NCBI RefSeq assembly: GCF_001194135.2
Contig: NC_068987.1
Location: forward strand, 107,906,709-107,970,708
DNA: 64,000 bases
Source: Octopus bimaculoides
Taxonomy: Eukaryota
Direction of reading: 5' to 3'
Shown: one piece after another, positions 1-14,562 of the stretch
How the letters are laid out: the number at the start of each line of letters is the position of its first letter
Numbering within the stretch: the stretch's first letter is position 1
Made by a program: the position numbers and the translations under genes
The notes under the pieces: generated by a model
The model's input: only the letters and a program-made list of their open reading frames with translations
What the model was told of the DNA's origin: nothing
Databases searched by the model: none

Positions 1-154
1 CTGTAACCACTAGGCCAATGTGCCTCCGCACAATTCTGAGTTTATGTTACAAATTATCATCAAAACCAACAAGTCTGACAGAATCAGTAATGTACATAAG
101 CTTTAATAATTATGGTTCAAGCATTCGTTACTCATTTTTCAGTTATTAGAGATA

Positions 155-800
155 CAGGGTGTTCGGCCACAATCTGACAGTTTGCATGAAACTAGACTGA
201 GACATAGCATTACATCCAAAAATAAAAGCATTTTCAAAAATTAAGACCTACATTATGGCTGGTAGATAACAGTTTGCTCAAAGAAGTAGCAATCATCTCC
301 CACCACGGCATCCACACTGATCCGGAACACGGTGCATGCGTTGCTCACTGTGTCACAGAGAAAATCTTAAAACAAATCCCTCGGCTTGGCCACCACTTTG
401 GCTTTGGTGTTTCAAGGAGAGCGGTTGGTACCGACATCAATCTCGCCTCATATATAGTAATTCATCAGATTCCAATCTGGGGAATTAGGGGGTCACTAAC
501 TGAGGTTGATGAACTTCCACGACAAATACTTCTGACATTTTCCGGAGGCATGACATTGCACCGTATATTGCTGGCACACATGGCCATCTGAATTGAACTT
601 AAGACCATGTTCAAGGATATTGGGATGGATCCCGACGTGTGGCCGTAGTCAGAGCACTCTCCATAGGCTTCATAGTCTCGAATGTAACTTTCCATGACAT
701 TCCTTACATCTATAACAGTGTTTTTAGAAAGTACTGAGGAGCAGTCATGATGGCAATATCAAACTCGGTGCGAATCATCATGATATAGGTATTTCTTTTC
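155..800 (-). mobile_element. Internally deleted DD37D (maT-type) Tc1/mariner transposon relic
   Basis: Minus-strand translation of ~640-265 gives HGLKFNSDGHVCQQ...**PPNSPDWNLMNYYI*GEIDVGTNRSP*NTKAKVVA...NACTVFRISVDAVVGDDCYFFEQ, a decayed WPPNSPDxNPMDYYVW transposase C-terminus. An N-terminal-like piece (RDYEA) is fused upstream. TA-CAGGGTG at 153-161 is a typical terminus. Confidence 0.75.
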
Positions 801-954
801 CAATATTCACATAGATTCCAGTTCTACACGTGAGCTAACATTTTCTTAATTACAACTTTCATCTTTGTTCTTTCCAAAGCTGTTCATTGTTCATCAATAT
901 ATCAAGATGTTCTTGAGAAAGGAAAGTATAAAAATTTTCCGAGTCCGAAAACCC

Positions 955-1159
955 TGTACACACACACACATACACACACATACACACACAAACAAATGCA
1001 AAACACACAGACACACACATGTATATATATACTATATTAGTTGCCTATGTTAATTATATAGATATATATTACATCAGCTGTTTATATTAATTATATATAT
1101 ACACACACACACATGTATGTACACACACACACACACTCACTCACACATACACACACGCG

Positions 1160-1190
<31 letters not shown>
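955..1190. repeat. Compound (CA)n/(TA)n microsatellite
   Basis: Directly visible. Confidence 0.95.
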
Positions 1191-1191
<1 letters not shown>

Positions 1192-1859
1192 AAATGCCTT
1201 CACAAAACATACTATGGAGCTGACGGAATCATTTAAATTCTAAGCTAGCTATCAGAGGTACGCCGTTTACTTTAAGATCTTTCTTTTCTCTTTATTACAT
1301 AAACGACGCTCTTTCGTATATGAAATGAACGTCACGTGCCTTTGAAGTGGCATAAATGAATATAACATTTGTCTTTAACTCTGATTTGAGAATATTCTTA
1401 ACACTACTAATCGCTTTTAAAATTATAATATAATTTTTTTCTTCAGTATTTCTTTCCGTCATTTGAGCTACGATTCTGTTCAAACGTAATATTTAAAAGC
1501 GGTTATATCCGCCATCTTTTGACATATCATTCACAATATGTCTACTAAAGCGGAAATGATAAGTAAAAAGCTTTTCATTTCACTGGAAAATTCGAAAACA
1601 AATTGAGTGGTATATTTTAATATTTTATTGTCTATATTTTCCTCTTCTAAAATATTTCTATATTTATTTAGTTAAATATCTTCTGGCGCTCAAACACTTG
1701 ATCTCTCTTTTTTTTCTCTCTGTCTGTCTCTCATTATCTATTTCTCTATATCAGAGTAATTTTCGTTTCTCTTTCTCTTCCACTCCACTCTCATCCTAAG
1801 TTACTATATTCTAAACTGTCTTCCATCTTTTTTTTACTCTCCTAGTATCATACACATAC

Positions 1860-1937
1860 GTTTCTATACAATTGTTTATGGATATATGTACGTGCGTACG
1901 TACGTACACACACGCACACATACACACACACACACAC

Positions 1938-1984
<47 letters not shown>

Positions 1985-2141
1985 NNNNNNNNNNNNNNNN
2001 NNNNNNNNNNNNNNNNNNNNNNNNNNNNNNNNNNNNNNNNNNNNNNNNNNNNNNNNNNNNNNNNNNNNNNNNNNNNNNNNNNNNNNNNNNNNNNNNNNNN
2101 NNNNNNNNNNNNNNNNNNNNNNNNNNNNNNNNNNNNNNNNN

Positions 2142-2210
<69 letters not shown>

Positions 2211-2332
2211 GCACATAATTCTGGATAGGTATGTCTATGTGCATGATATCTATGTATATATCATATAATGGTTATACAAATATATGTTAGGTATATACAT
2301 ATATATTTTATACGTTATATACGAATATACAT

Positions 2333-2365
<33 letters not shown>

Positions 2366-2830
2366 CATATATATATATTTGCTTGTTTTTGTGTATACAT
2401 ATAGGCACATCTATACATTGCCTACATATATACGTACACTCAAACACACACACAAATACATACATACACATACATACACAGGCACACATACACTCAGGCC
2501 CACACGCAAACACACACACACAGACACACACATAAACACACACACCCACACACACACATACACGCATATATGAAATTTTGATTTCGCGATATATAAATCG
2601 CAAAATCAATGTTTCATATGATTTTTTTGAGGTAAAAACGGAGATTAAGAGTATAATAAAAATGGAAATAATTAGCACATACAAATACAAACACCTTCAC
2701 ACACACATATATATATACATATATATATACATATATATATATACACGTGTGTGTATATGTGTTTGTCTTTGTATGTGTGGGCGCACGTGTATGTGTGTGA
2801 ATGTGAGTGGATACGAGTGTTTTATGAGCG
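1860..2830. repeat. Compound (CA)n/(TA)n/(TG)n microsatellite field with gap 1985-2141
   Basis: Directly visible. It generates the HT/YI/CV pseudo-ORFs. Confidence 0.95.
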
Positions 2831-3180
2831 ACTAATAAAAATGAAAATAATTAGTACGGAGTAACGGTTATATACACAATTATATATTTGTTATTTGTTT
2901 AATCTTTTCCAATTTTTGTTCCCTAAATCATATCAATTTCTTATGTTTTGTCATTGTTTCTTCAATTTATTTTCTTCCCATTTCTTTGCTAATGTTTTGA
3001 AGAAAAGACATTTTTAAAAAATTCTTTTTATTCTCTGTCTTTCTTCTGACATATCATTTCCATCTCTCTTTTAAATCTCGTACATCTCCACCACAAACTC
3101 TGTCTCTCTTAGCGTCTTATCAAAATATTAGTCCTCCACGAATGTAAGACTACAATAATATATGTGTGCGTGCGTGCGTG

Positions 3181-3211
<31 letters not shown>

Positions 3212-3323
3212 CATACTCCCATACACACAAAGATGTATGTATGCATGAATGTAAATATAGATAAAGAGATATATATACACATATGTACACACATACATGC
3301 ATATATGTATATATGTATATATG

Positions 3324-3359
<36 letters not shown>

Positions 3360-4336
3360 TGGGATGATTTACGAAAAAAACAACAGACGAATATATATAT
3401 ATATGTATATACATAAATATCTGTATATATGTGTGTATGGGTGCTTATGTGTGCGAGCGTCTGTATATGTATGTGTATAGACTGATAATTCTACATATAT
3501 ATATTCGTCAATATTTTTTTCATTATTTCTCCCATCGTTATCTCCCTCATATTCCTATTTCTTTCATTCGATTTCTCTCTTTCACACTTTGAATCTCTCC
3601 AGTATTATATTTATTGTAACTGCATCCTCCATTTTGCCTCAATTTCTATTATCCTCTCAACCCCACCACCTAATTGTTTCCCTCTCTTCTTGTTTTTAAT
3701 TTTATATGTTTCCGACACAACTTTCCATCTTTTCCTAACTCTGTGTATTTTTCATTCTGTCATGCTTTCTTATCTCACCTCCTTTATTTCTTCGCTCATT
3801 CTACTCCTTTCCGCATCACTCTATCTATTTAATATCTCTTTCAAATTCCTTGACTCTCTCAAACCACTCCTTACATCACTCAGTAGCTTTTATCAGCCAT
3901 TTTCTCTTATTTCTTTTCTACAATCGATCACACCCACACATTCACCCAATAAACATTGTTTTGGTATATTGCTGACTCGACGTCTTATATGAAATCTTTT
4001 CTCTACGCTATTCATTTCGAATTTTTTTGTCCATTAGTATCAATAATATTGTGCTCCAGTCACCCTAATCGATCTACAAAAGCGTTCATCGATCGCATTG
4101 TATCGGTTATTATTCTTGTTAACGAAGAATTATCAAATACGAAAACACTACGATCTAAGTAACACACATTTCCCCAAAATACTGAGATTTTTTTTCCTGC
4201 AATATGTATATAAATATATCAATGTAATATATTTTTGTCTGTTTGAGAATTTCTTTAAGCTAGTGTGCAAATTCTAAGCACACACGCACACAAACACACA
4301 CACTCACGTACGCATACACGAACACACACACTACAC

Positions 4337-4400
<64 letters not shown>

Positions 4401-4403
<3 letters not shown>

Positions 4404-5585
4404 GTGGGCAAGTCAAAACCTTTGCGTTCTCTTAGGCAATGGTTGGAAAATTTCATCATTTTTCGACATAAGCTCCTTGTTTTTTTATGCACGTCCCCCA
4501 AAAGGCTTTGGGCTGGTCGCGCAGCCATTTATGCTCCTCTTCCTGCGCTTCTTCATCCCTAGCAAATCAACAGCATCATATAAAATGTTAGAGCGATGGA
4601 AAGAATTGAAGACAGTGTTCCAGCGACTCAAAACCCAATTCTTTTATGGTTTCAACTGTGTGGTCGGCCATATATGGACGTGCATTGTCATGTAACAAAG
4701 ACACTTACTTTGACGAGAGTGTTTGGCATTTTCACTTTCTTGGCTACCATTTTACTGCAGCCTACACTGGCGATTGTGCACATCCTTTCTCGGTGATGTT
4801 CCATTATAGTCCTTTTGGATCTCAAAAACGGTTAACATCACTTCTTTCTACTGAAGGCTGAGTCTTGAAATTCTTTTTAGCTGGGGATTCCAAGTGTTTC
4901 CACTCCATTCTCTGGCTCAGAATGCTGGACAGAGATTTTATGTATAGTGACTATTTTCTCTAAAAAAGGTTTCACCTTCATCGTTGTAACGGTCGAGTAG
5001 GGGCCATTAGATTAAGTTTATGCATTCATTAAGCTCCCTTGGATTTTACCGTAGCCAGCCTTCTCGTTGAGGATTTCGTAAGTGGAGCCATGACTAATTT
5101 GCAAAGAATGTAACCCTCATCGATAGTTACTCGTCTTTTTGCCAGAACTATCTCTCAAGCTTACTGAATCTTACTGAAACAGGTCAGTGGTGGAAATTGA
5201 TGGGCTGCTTATTCCAGCTCTTTATTCGTACTTTAAACTTGTCCGGCCATTTTTAAACTTCTCCATTCACTCATGCAGACATATAGGCAGGAGTGCTCTG
5301 GAACGTATTTTATTGAAAGTTTGCGGTAAATTTCAGCCACTAACATACGTTCAGACCTGAGAAATCGGATAACAGTTCTTTTTTCCTCCATGACACATGC
5401 CGTCAAAGGAGCGACCAAGTTTACTCTGTACCAGAAGAAAGAACACTGGAGTGATCAAGGTCATATTTCGGTTATGTAATCATAAATGTACCACTTTTTA
5501 GCATGCAAGTGCTCAAGACAGTGTGGGGAGACTAAAGAAAGTTTTGGGGAAATTACGGAAAATTTTTAACGCCCCTTTGCAAGTA
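4401..5585 (-). mobile_element. DD34D mariner transposon relic, near full length, inserted in a (TA)n array
   Basis: N-terminus EEKRTVIRFLRSERMLVAEIYRKLS (5233-5418) and C-terminal LGFESLEH...DEEAQEEEHKWLRDQPKAF match mariner transposases. Degenerate TIRs TACGTGGGCAAGTCAAAA (4401) and TTTTTAACGCCCCTTTGCAAGTA (~5563-5585). Multiple stops and frameshifts. Confidence 0.8.
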
Positions 5586-5789
5586 TTAACAAGAAGAACA
5601 GAGTGAGCAAATTATTTTATTGCATAAATTACAATTGTTTCACCGGTTTCTAAATTTAAGAGTATTCATAAATTATTATATAATATATGCAGCTATAGAG
5701 CTATAGACTCAAGGTGTCTTCAGAATCCTATACACAATTAATTTGCTATACACAATTCATTTGCTATCGAAAACTTCTACTATTACGGA

Positions 5790-5837
<48 letters not shown>

Positions 5838-6686
5838 NNNNNNNNNNNNNNNNNNNNNNNNNNNNNNNNNNNNNNNNNNNNNNNNNNNNNNNNNNNNNNN
5901 NNNNNNNNNNNNNNNNNNNNNNNNNNNNNNNNNNNNNNNNNNNNNNNNNNNNNNNNNNNNNNNNNNNNNNNNNNNNNNNNNNNNNNNNNNNNNNNNNNNN
6001 NNNNNNNNNNNNNNNNNNNNNNNNNNNNNNNNNNNNNNNNNNNNNNNNNNNNNNNNNNNNNNNNNNNNNNNNNNNNNNNNNNNNNNNNNNNNNNNNNNNN
6101 NNNNNNNNNNNNNNNNNNNNNNNNNNNNNNNNNNNNNNNNNNNNNNNNNNNNNNNNNNNNNNNNNNNNNNNNNNNNNNNNNNNNNNNNNNNNNNNNNNNN
6201 NNNNNNNNNNNNNNNNNNNNNNNNNNNNNNNNNNNNNNNNNNNNNNNNNNNNNNNNNNNNNNNNNNNNNNNNNNNNNNNNNNNNNNNNNNNNNNNNNNNN
6301 NNNNNNNNNNNNNNNNNNNNNNNNNNNNNNNNNNNNNNNNNNNNNNNNNNNNNNNNNNNNNNNNNNNNNNNNNNNNNNNNNNNNNNNNNNNNNNNNNNNN
6401 NNNNNNNNNNNNNNNNNNNNNNNNNNNNNNNNNNNNNNNNNNNNNNNNNNNNNNNNNNNNNNNNNNNNNNNNNNNNNNNNNNNNNNNNNNNNNNNNNNNN
6501 NNNNNNNNNNNNNNNNNNNNNNNNNNNNNNNNNNNNNNNNNNNNNNNNNNNNNNNNNNNNNNNNNNNNNNNNNNNNNNNNNNNNNNNNNNNNNNNNNNNN
6601 NNNNNNNNNNNNNNNNNNNNNNNNNNNNNNNNNNNNNNNNNNNNNNNNNNNNNNNNNNNNNNNNNNNNNNATATATATATATATAT

Positions 6687-6848
6687 ACGACCAGCTTGTT
6701 TCAAAGTCCGGCTACTAAATCCACTTACAAGGCTTTGGTTATCCCGAGGTTATAGTAGAAGGCTCTTAGCCAAGGTGCCATGCAGTGGGACTGAACACGG
6801 AACCATGTGGTTTGAATACAAGCTCATTAGCACACAGCCACGCCTGAT
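6687..6848 (-). mobile_element. SINE family B, head and body, running into (TA)n and a gap
   Basis: Reverse complement GGCGTGGCTGTGTGCTAATGAGC...GTTCAGTCCCACTGC...CCAAAGCCTTGTAAGTGGATTT matches the copies at 43.6 kb and 61.2-61.6 kb. A/B-box-like tRNA head. Confidence 0.8.
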
Positions 6849-7822
6849 AATACCACCGAACACTCCCATCAAACTGACTTATCGAAAGCTTTGCCATGTC
6901 TAATATCAAATATTTCCCGTATTTTAGTTTTGGTAACAGTACAAATAACTAATCGACAAAGAATTTCAGTCTTCATTTTTCCGTTTGTAAAATTCATTTC
7001 TAAGCATCGACTATTCTGCAAAATCTTTGCTTCGTTGTTTAAGCCTTATAAGGTCATTACCATACAAAACCTTGTCCTATTTTCCTCGTATGTATTAAAA
7101 CTAATGTTTCTGTGAAAGAGATTCTTAAATTGTTCAGTTCATCTCTCTATATTTTGAGAGTTTGTAACAATTACAGTTATGTTTGTTGTTAGCAAACTGT
7201 AACTAAGAGATGAATTGCAATCTATTGAGATTTATTTCTGTACTTGTGGCTCTACAACGCCACCTACTCGGAAAACGAGTATATAAGCCCTAGGTGTACT
7301 TTCTTTGTTTCACATATCTCATACAATCATGCGTAAATATATACATACACATACACATGCATCCATACAGCCATACAGTCGATCCATACATCCATACATC
7401 CATACATAAATATACATATACATACATTAGCACACTCAAACACACACACACATATATATGTATGTTATGTATATATTGAGTGTTTGAAGTGGTGTACAAA
7501 TATTGTATATTTAGAAAACAGGAGGTAGTCATCAAAATATTCTCTCCATAATTAAATGTTTGAAAGAGAAGCAGGAGAAATACTTTTTGCCAAAAGGATT
7601 GGAAAGTGACATCAATGTATATACTAGATGGTTTGGGTGTCCATCAAGAGAACTTCTTCGTGGTCATTTTATTACTTTATTTTTATTAAACATAATGAAA
7701 ATACATAAAGAGGAAACATTTATACTGATACTCTTATTTTTTAATGTAGTCCCAGTGTTAATAACGTGATTTTTTTTTCTTCTTCCACACTTCTCTCCAA
7801 AACAAACAATTTATTTGAAAAG

Positions 7823-7864
<42 letters not shown>

Positions 7865-8289
7865 GCCTCTTTGCTAAAAACGTCACATATAAGAACAAGG
7901 AAATGCCCGGTTTTTATCGTTATGAAATTGATGCGAATTCTAATCATGAAGATTTTAAACGAACGGAAGCACTAATAATAAAGATTTATCTACAATTCTG
8001 ACTGTGTCATTTTTTCTCTCTATATATATGAGTATATAGAATTGTATATATATATATATATATATATACATATATTTCTGTATGAGTTAGAGGTTGAGAA
8101 ACCAACTAAGGGATAGTACCTATCCAATATACTGCTGGTAGTAGTGTACCCAATTATTCATATCCAAGTGCTAGTTATTGCATGTCAATCTCGCAATTGG
8201 GTATCATATATGGGGGTGGTTAACATGCGGCTCACCCTTGGTTTATACGGCAAAAAAGAGAACGGAGAGGTTACAAAATCGACAGACAT

Positions 8290-8585
8290 CAGCCGGTAAG
8301 CATGCCGCGAGTCCAATTCTAGGCCATTTGTTGTGTCCTTGAGCAACACACTTTACCTGGCGTTGTCTAGTCGACTCAGCTCACAAAAATGGGTTGTATG
8401 TGTAATTCAAAGGGGCCAAGACTTGTCGCACTATGCGTCACGCTGAGTCTCCTTCTCAACTCCATTAATGGTACGCTTGTCTGTGGAGTGCTCAGCCACT
8501 TATACGTTAACTTCCCGAGCAGGCTGATCCGTGGATCAGATCAACTGGAACTCTCGTCGTCGCAACCGACGGAGTGCCAGAACTA
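8290..8585 (+). mobile_element. SINE with a CORE-like middle and a family C 3' half
   Basis: GTGTCCTTGAGCAACACACTTTA...CAGCT CORE-like block, followed by TGTCTGTGGAGTGCTCAGCCACTT...GATCAACTGGAACTCTCGTCGTCG...GGAGTGCCA, which is shared with 31526-31910. Confidence 0.65.
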
Positions 8586-9468
8586 CTTTATGACCATCAC
8601 ATTTGTGACATATCTGCCTAAATTCATGTGTCTTCTTTTGCATAATTGTAAGATATTTTGCGTCACGATTACAAAGTTTTGTGTGATACTTTCAATTTTA
8701 TACACATTTTCTTAGAAGTTTTGGCATTGTGAAACGTTTTAACACAGTTGGTTCTTGGGAATTTATATTTTTGAAAAACATATCTTTTTCCAAATTACAT
8801 TAAAAACACCATCATTTGATGGAGGTTTTTATGTTAGTTTCAAAGAGTTTGTGTAAATTAATAAACAAATAAATACATTTTCGCCTTGGAATTAAAGCTT
8901 TCGTTTCGAATCAGCACGAGAACTGATAAAAATTTCGTTGCGGTTTTAATATCTCTCGTTCGACCTGTATTCTGACTGTGACTATCCACTATCATTTCTG
9001 GCAAAGCATTCCGCATTTGTTTATCTCCTATATTTAATCATTTCCAAGATGGTCGTATTAGAGTAATATCTGACTGCAATATCTTTCATATTGATACTTC
9101 CTCGTTAGTTTCGTCTTGCACACTACGTAAGGATATATGCGTGATTGTGCATGATATATGTGTACATTTCTCAAGATATGTATCTCATTTTCTGTGCAAA
9201 TTTCATGTGCAAATTGCTGTACATCGAGAAATACAAGATATGCGCGCAAACAGTTTATATTTAACTATTAGAGTTCCAATGCAATCCGAGGGCCGGTATG
9301 ATTATATGAGTGTAAGGATTCATTTCTATGTGTAATGTATGATTCAGTATTTGATAATTGTTACCTATACGAATAATCATTAGGTTACTCTTCTTTACTC
9401 TGCAAACAATGGTCATATTGAAGTAATCTATCTATCTATCTATCTATCTATAACGTATAAGCATGTAT

Positions 9469-9525
<57 letters not shown>

Positions 9526-11394
9526 NNNNNNNNNNNNNNNNNNNNNNNNNNNNNNNNNNNNNNNNNNNNNNNNNNNNNNNNNNNNNNNNNNNNNNNNNNN
9601 NNNNNNNNNNNNNNNNNNNNNNNNNNNNNNNNNNNNNNNNNNNNNNNNNNNNNNNNNNNNNNNNNNNNNNNNNNNNNNNNNNNNNNNNNNNNNNNNNNNN
9701 NNNNNNNNNNNNNNNNNNNNNNNNNNNNNNNNNNNNNNNNNNNNNNNNNNNNNNNNNNNNNNNNNNNNNNNNNNNNNNNNNNNNNNATTTATTTATATGT
9801 ATATATATGTATATATTGAGAGAGAGAAAGAGAAAGAGGGGTAGAGAGGGGGGAGAAAGAGTGAGAGAGAGGGAAATAGATAGATAGATAGATAGATAGA
9901 TATGTACGTTTAGATGGAAATGTGCAGATATATACGTGGCTGTGAGCTTGCGTGTATGTGTATGTACATATAGATGCAAATATACTTATATGTATGCATT
10001 TACTTTCACGTGAGTATGTATGAATGCATTGATGTATGTATATGTGTATATGTGTATCGAGGTTATTTGATAGGCTAGCATAAATACTTGTAACTGAAGT
10101 TATACCATCGATATTTGGCTCTAAATTAATTTATGTAATAATAGTAAGATGGGACTGTTCCCTACGCTTTTCGTTGCTTTCCTTTGGCTTCGATGAAGGT
10201 TGTTAACACAAATTTAATTTCTAATGTTCAAATCTATGTAAGTATGTATTATTTTACTTACATAATAATCTTATTTTTGCCGGCAGCTGAAACAAGTTAT
10301 TTTTTATTTAAAAGCTACTCTACAATAAATTTAGACGCAATCTCTTTAACTTGAACAAATACCGTGTCGTGTGCTTTAACCAATTCGTTTCCGTTATACG
10401 AATTCGAATCAGTTCCACAATGTATTGATCCAATGCTGCTTACCACCACAAAAAACAATACCTGATGGAAATTGCAGGTATATATCTTTTAAAACATTAC
10501 ATCATAGATATATCGTTAGAGTTATTAGACATATTATGAGGCTTAATGAAGGTTTATACCACTTAATATTTGTTTTTTCATGTAGAAGTTAGCGGCTAAT
10601 GTTAAATCGATATAGTAACATACTGAATCATATCTCTGGTTATATATGCAGTCGTTGATAACGTTGGACATCCGGAAATAAGGTATTTGTATTTTCTTCT
10701 TTGATTTCGTTCACATATGTTACGGTTCACCTTCATTTAATGTTCTATTGATTTAGAGCTAAAAACCATGCCTTTCCACCTTAATTAACGACTATTCAGC
10801 AATTTTGGATTTCACATTCATGAAGATTTCCCTTCCAATCATAAAGGATAGACCCCATGGTAAAGTTCTTTCTTCTACTTTTTATGTTTCTTTCTGCCTT
10901 ACATTTATATTTCGGTTTTTACAATTTCAGTTGTCGTGTGAACAACGATTCTAACTATCTTCTTGTACATTATTTTATTTCATATTAGGGCTATGTCTTT
11001 GAAAATTAAATCGACGTGACAGTTCTAAACAGACAATAACTAGTGTGAAGGTTCCTCAGTTAAGAATCCATCTTCTGAAGAAAATACAGATATCATTTTC
11101 TACTGTTACACCACCTTCATCCATACTACATAAATATTTTGAGGATAAATACCAAAAGCATTCCTGTTCATAGGCAAATTGGTTTTGTCGGTAAATTCCC
11201 TGCAAATTTTGTTGGGCTAAGCTGTATGTGTTAATGTAATTTTTTCGTTTCCATCTTCTCATTATCTACAGCAAATCTTTATAGTCTTCTATATTTTGGT
11301 TTCATGTGCAATACCATAATAATTGAATTTCTATTTATGAAACCCAGAAAAGCTTCAGAATTTGCGATTTTCAGATTACCACCATGAGATCACC

Positions 11395-12000
11395 AGACAA
11401 AACACACACACGCACACATAGACACACACGAACACACACAAAAACCGCACACTCACACACACAAGCACACACGTATATACATGCAGGCATATGTACATAA
11501 TTGCGTACGTAAGTACATTCCTACATACATGCATACATACATATACATACATGGACACATACATGCGTACATACATGCATATGCATATACAAACATTCTT
11601 GTACATACACACACACAAACACATACATACACATATACATATATATATACATATACATATATACACACATACACACACACGTATATATATTTATATATAT
11701 ACATATTTATGTATATATGTATGTATAAAACACCGAAATTACATTTTTCTACATCGTGATTGAATCATACAAAACTCTTAACTACTTATATAAACACAAA
11801 GATACACACACGCAAACTCACACATACACATGATACATATGTGTCGTGTTAACGCATAAAGACAAACATGTAAATACATACATCCATCCGTGTAATATAT
11901 TATATTATTTATGTGTGTCTGTATGTATATACGTATGCATTGCGCGTGTGTGCGTTTATTTTGTTGTGTGCGTGTGCAAATTACTTCTTTTTTTTTTATC
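11395..12000. repeat. Degenerate (CA)/(CATA)/(TA) microsatellite field
   Basis: Directly visible. Confidence 0.9.
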
Positions 12001-12364
12001 CCATTCACTAGCGGTGATAAATATAGTTAATTGCTTGATCTTTCAGTGATCAGCAGTAATTATCAACGGACGAACGAAGTTATTGATTTCTTGGTTGGTC
12101 GATAGTCGATTATATCCACACCGGTATTCTACTGGCGCTTATTTTCTTTTTACTTCCCCCCGAGAAAGTCAACAATGAATGTCAACTCCGCTCGGATTTT
12201 GGAATCAGACTTCAAGATCCGTAGTTTATCATCCTTCGTTACGTTACCCGACTCTCTAACCGTTCACTGCGTTTTCTATACGAAATATTCTTTAATTCTT
12301 TTAGAGCTGGAGAATGTCTCGCTTCAATAGTTTATTATCAAACAACTAAATATGGTCGCAGTAA

Positions 12365-12600
12365 GTCCAGTCGTAGTGTTGCTACTGGAATAGCTAACCA
12401 AGATAGGCAGCAGAGATTTTGTGCTTGACTTAAATACTGCTTTTTATTCTTTAGACAAACAAATCGAATCCAGTGATTGTTATTTTTGAAGCCCAGTATT
12501 TATAGTATCAAACTCATTTACAGAACCTCTAAGTTACGGTGACGTAAGCACACCAAAATCCATCGTCAAGGGGTGGTGGAGGACAAACAGATAGACGCTC
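12365..12600 (-). mobile_element. SINE family B, 3' half, degenerate
   Basis: AAGTTACGGTGACGTAAGCACACC...GTCAAGGGGTGGTGGAGGACAAACA aligns with 43440-43530. Confidence 0.6.
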
Positions 12601-13164
12601 ATATATATATATATATATATATATATAAGAGAGTTTTGACGCTGATATCCATTATTATTGAAATTTATTCCTTACTTTCATCTTCAGGGAAAAAGGTAAA
12701 GAACAAAAGGTAAACACCAAAAACATCGTCTCTAATAATGGATANNNNNNNNNNTTTTAAATCTAAATTTTTGATATATAAACAAGGAGATCGAACCTTA
12801 AGGAGTCTACTTTAGACTTTTGCGGAGAAATCTCTTGCTATATTGGTAGCGATTACATGATTTTCTCATCAACACATTGTGGAGATATCATCATATGAAC
12901 AAATATATATATATATATTTCAGGTGAAATCCTTTAATAGTTACGTAATGAGAAAATATTTTCTACAATAGCATCGGGTGGACGAAAGCCAAGTAAGTGA
13001 CGTTCATTAGAAGGAGATCGTTGAAGACCGTGGACTAAAGTCTGTAAGAATCCGAGGCAAGCTTCCGGTGTAAGGATAACTTTCTCCTTTTTTAACCGCT
13101 TGTCTCGGAGGCATTGAAAAAGAATTTGGAAGCTGCTCGGCGTTCTTTTTAGTATGATATTATT

Positions 13165-13339
13165 TTCTACTCTAGGCACAAAGCCCCAAATTTTTGGGGA
13201 GGGGACCAGTCGATTCGATCAACTCCAGTACGCAACTGGTACTTTATTTATCGACCTCGGCAGAATTTGAACTCAGAACGTAAAGAAAGACGAACTACCG
13301 CTAAGCATATCACCCGGCCTGCTAACGTTTCTGCCAGCT
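13165..13339 (-). mobile_element. SINE family A with an internal deletion
   Basis: CTAGGCACAAAGCCC...GAATTTGAACTCAGAACG...GCTAACGTTTCTGCCAGCT matches 16101-16319 but lacks the segment between two TCGACC motifs. Confidence 0.85.
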
Positions 13340-14490
13340 TAATAAAATTATAAATGGGGATTTAACTTTATTCAAATAAGAAGGGAGAGGTAAGTGCTGT
13401 AGTAACATTTTTCCCAAAACTTTTAGCGTAAGTGCATTGAAAACAGCGTCACTGCACACTGTAACATTACTTTTCTACGTAGTCTTTCGACCTGCTAAAT
13501 ATTGCAGCCAAATTATGTTTGGATTCATATTTTCATTTTATATGTTTTTAATTTTTATTATTTTCCATTTAGTCCTAGATATGATGCATTTGAATATAAA
13601 ACGGAATAATCCATAGTAGTTACATTTTATCATAATTTGTGTTCAATCAAGGATGACCTGGACTGGACGAAACTATGTGCACGACCACAACAGCAGCAAC
13701 AGCAGCAGTAACCTCAGTGTCAATACGCCAACGAAGGATTTTCTGCATTGTAGCTCAACTGGTTAAAACAGCAGCCAAATCACCCTACAAAAAGAAAAAA
13801 AAAACAGAATAGAAGGAGTGATTGTTAGGACTTATTGGGTTAGAAGTGGAAACACAATATTATTGCTTTTGTGAGTATCAAAAGACTGTCATTGCTTTTG
13901 GGAGTATCAAAGACTGTCATGCACGAAACTGTAATGGATAAGATTGCCATATTTAATGTTTTCGTTCCCATTTTTAAAGACAGTAGGGTGAAATTTCAAG
14001 CGAGATTTAGCCATTGCTTCAAAATGACTCAACAATCAGCGTGGTTTTATAGTGTAGTAACATAGGTGGAAAAGCAAAAGTTTTAACATTAATGAGTTGA
14101 ATAAATGCAGTGTTGTTCGGTTAGGAATGATCGTATAGTTAGGAAATGCAATGACCTTATGACCAGGAATGACACTGATTAGATTCATATAAACAGTCAC
14201 ATCTGTGCCTATGTGTGCGCGTGAGTTTTGTGTACGCGCCCGTGTGTGTATATATGTGTGTGTTTGTAGCGGCTACTATATGTGTATGCATTTCTATATT
14301 CATTCGTATTGATGATATCTACTAAGTTATATATCACCATTATTTAATGTGTGAACATTTAAATACACATTCGTGAATTTTTAGATACACATGCGCAAGT
14401 GTAATTGGAATGTAATTGGAAAATCAAGCAAACGTACGTACATATAGATATATCCACTCACAAATACAGAGAATTGTGCGAGTGCGTGCC

Positions 14491-14562
<72 letters not shown>

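Noticed and set aside
10330-11370. Possible piggyBac transposase relic on the minus strand
   Set aside because: The weak motif resemblances (VDN, VVWMK, RYIP) are not in the expected order and I found no TTAA-CCC termini.
13862-13918. 28/29-bp tandem duplication with a mariner-like HTH peptide (LGVSKTVMHE)
   Set aside because: Too short to assign. Two-copy slippage repeats like this (also at ~15760 and ~58855) are commonplace.
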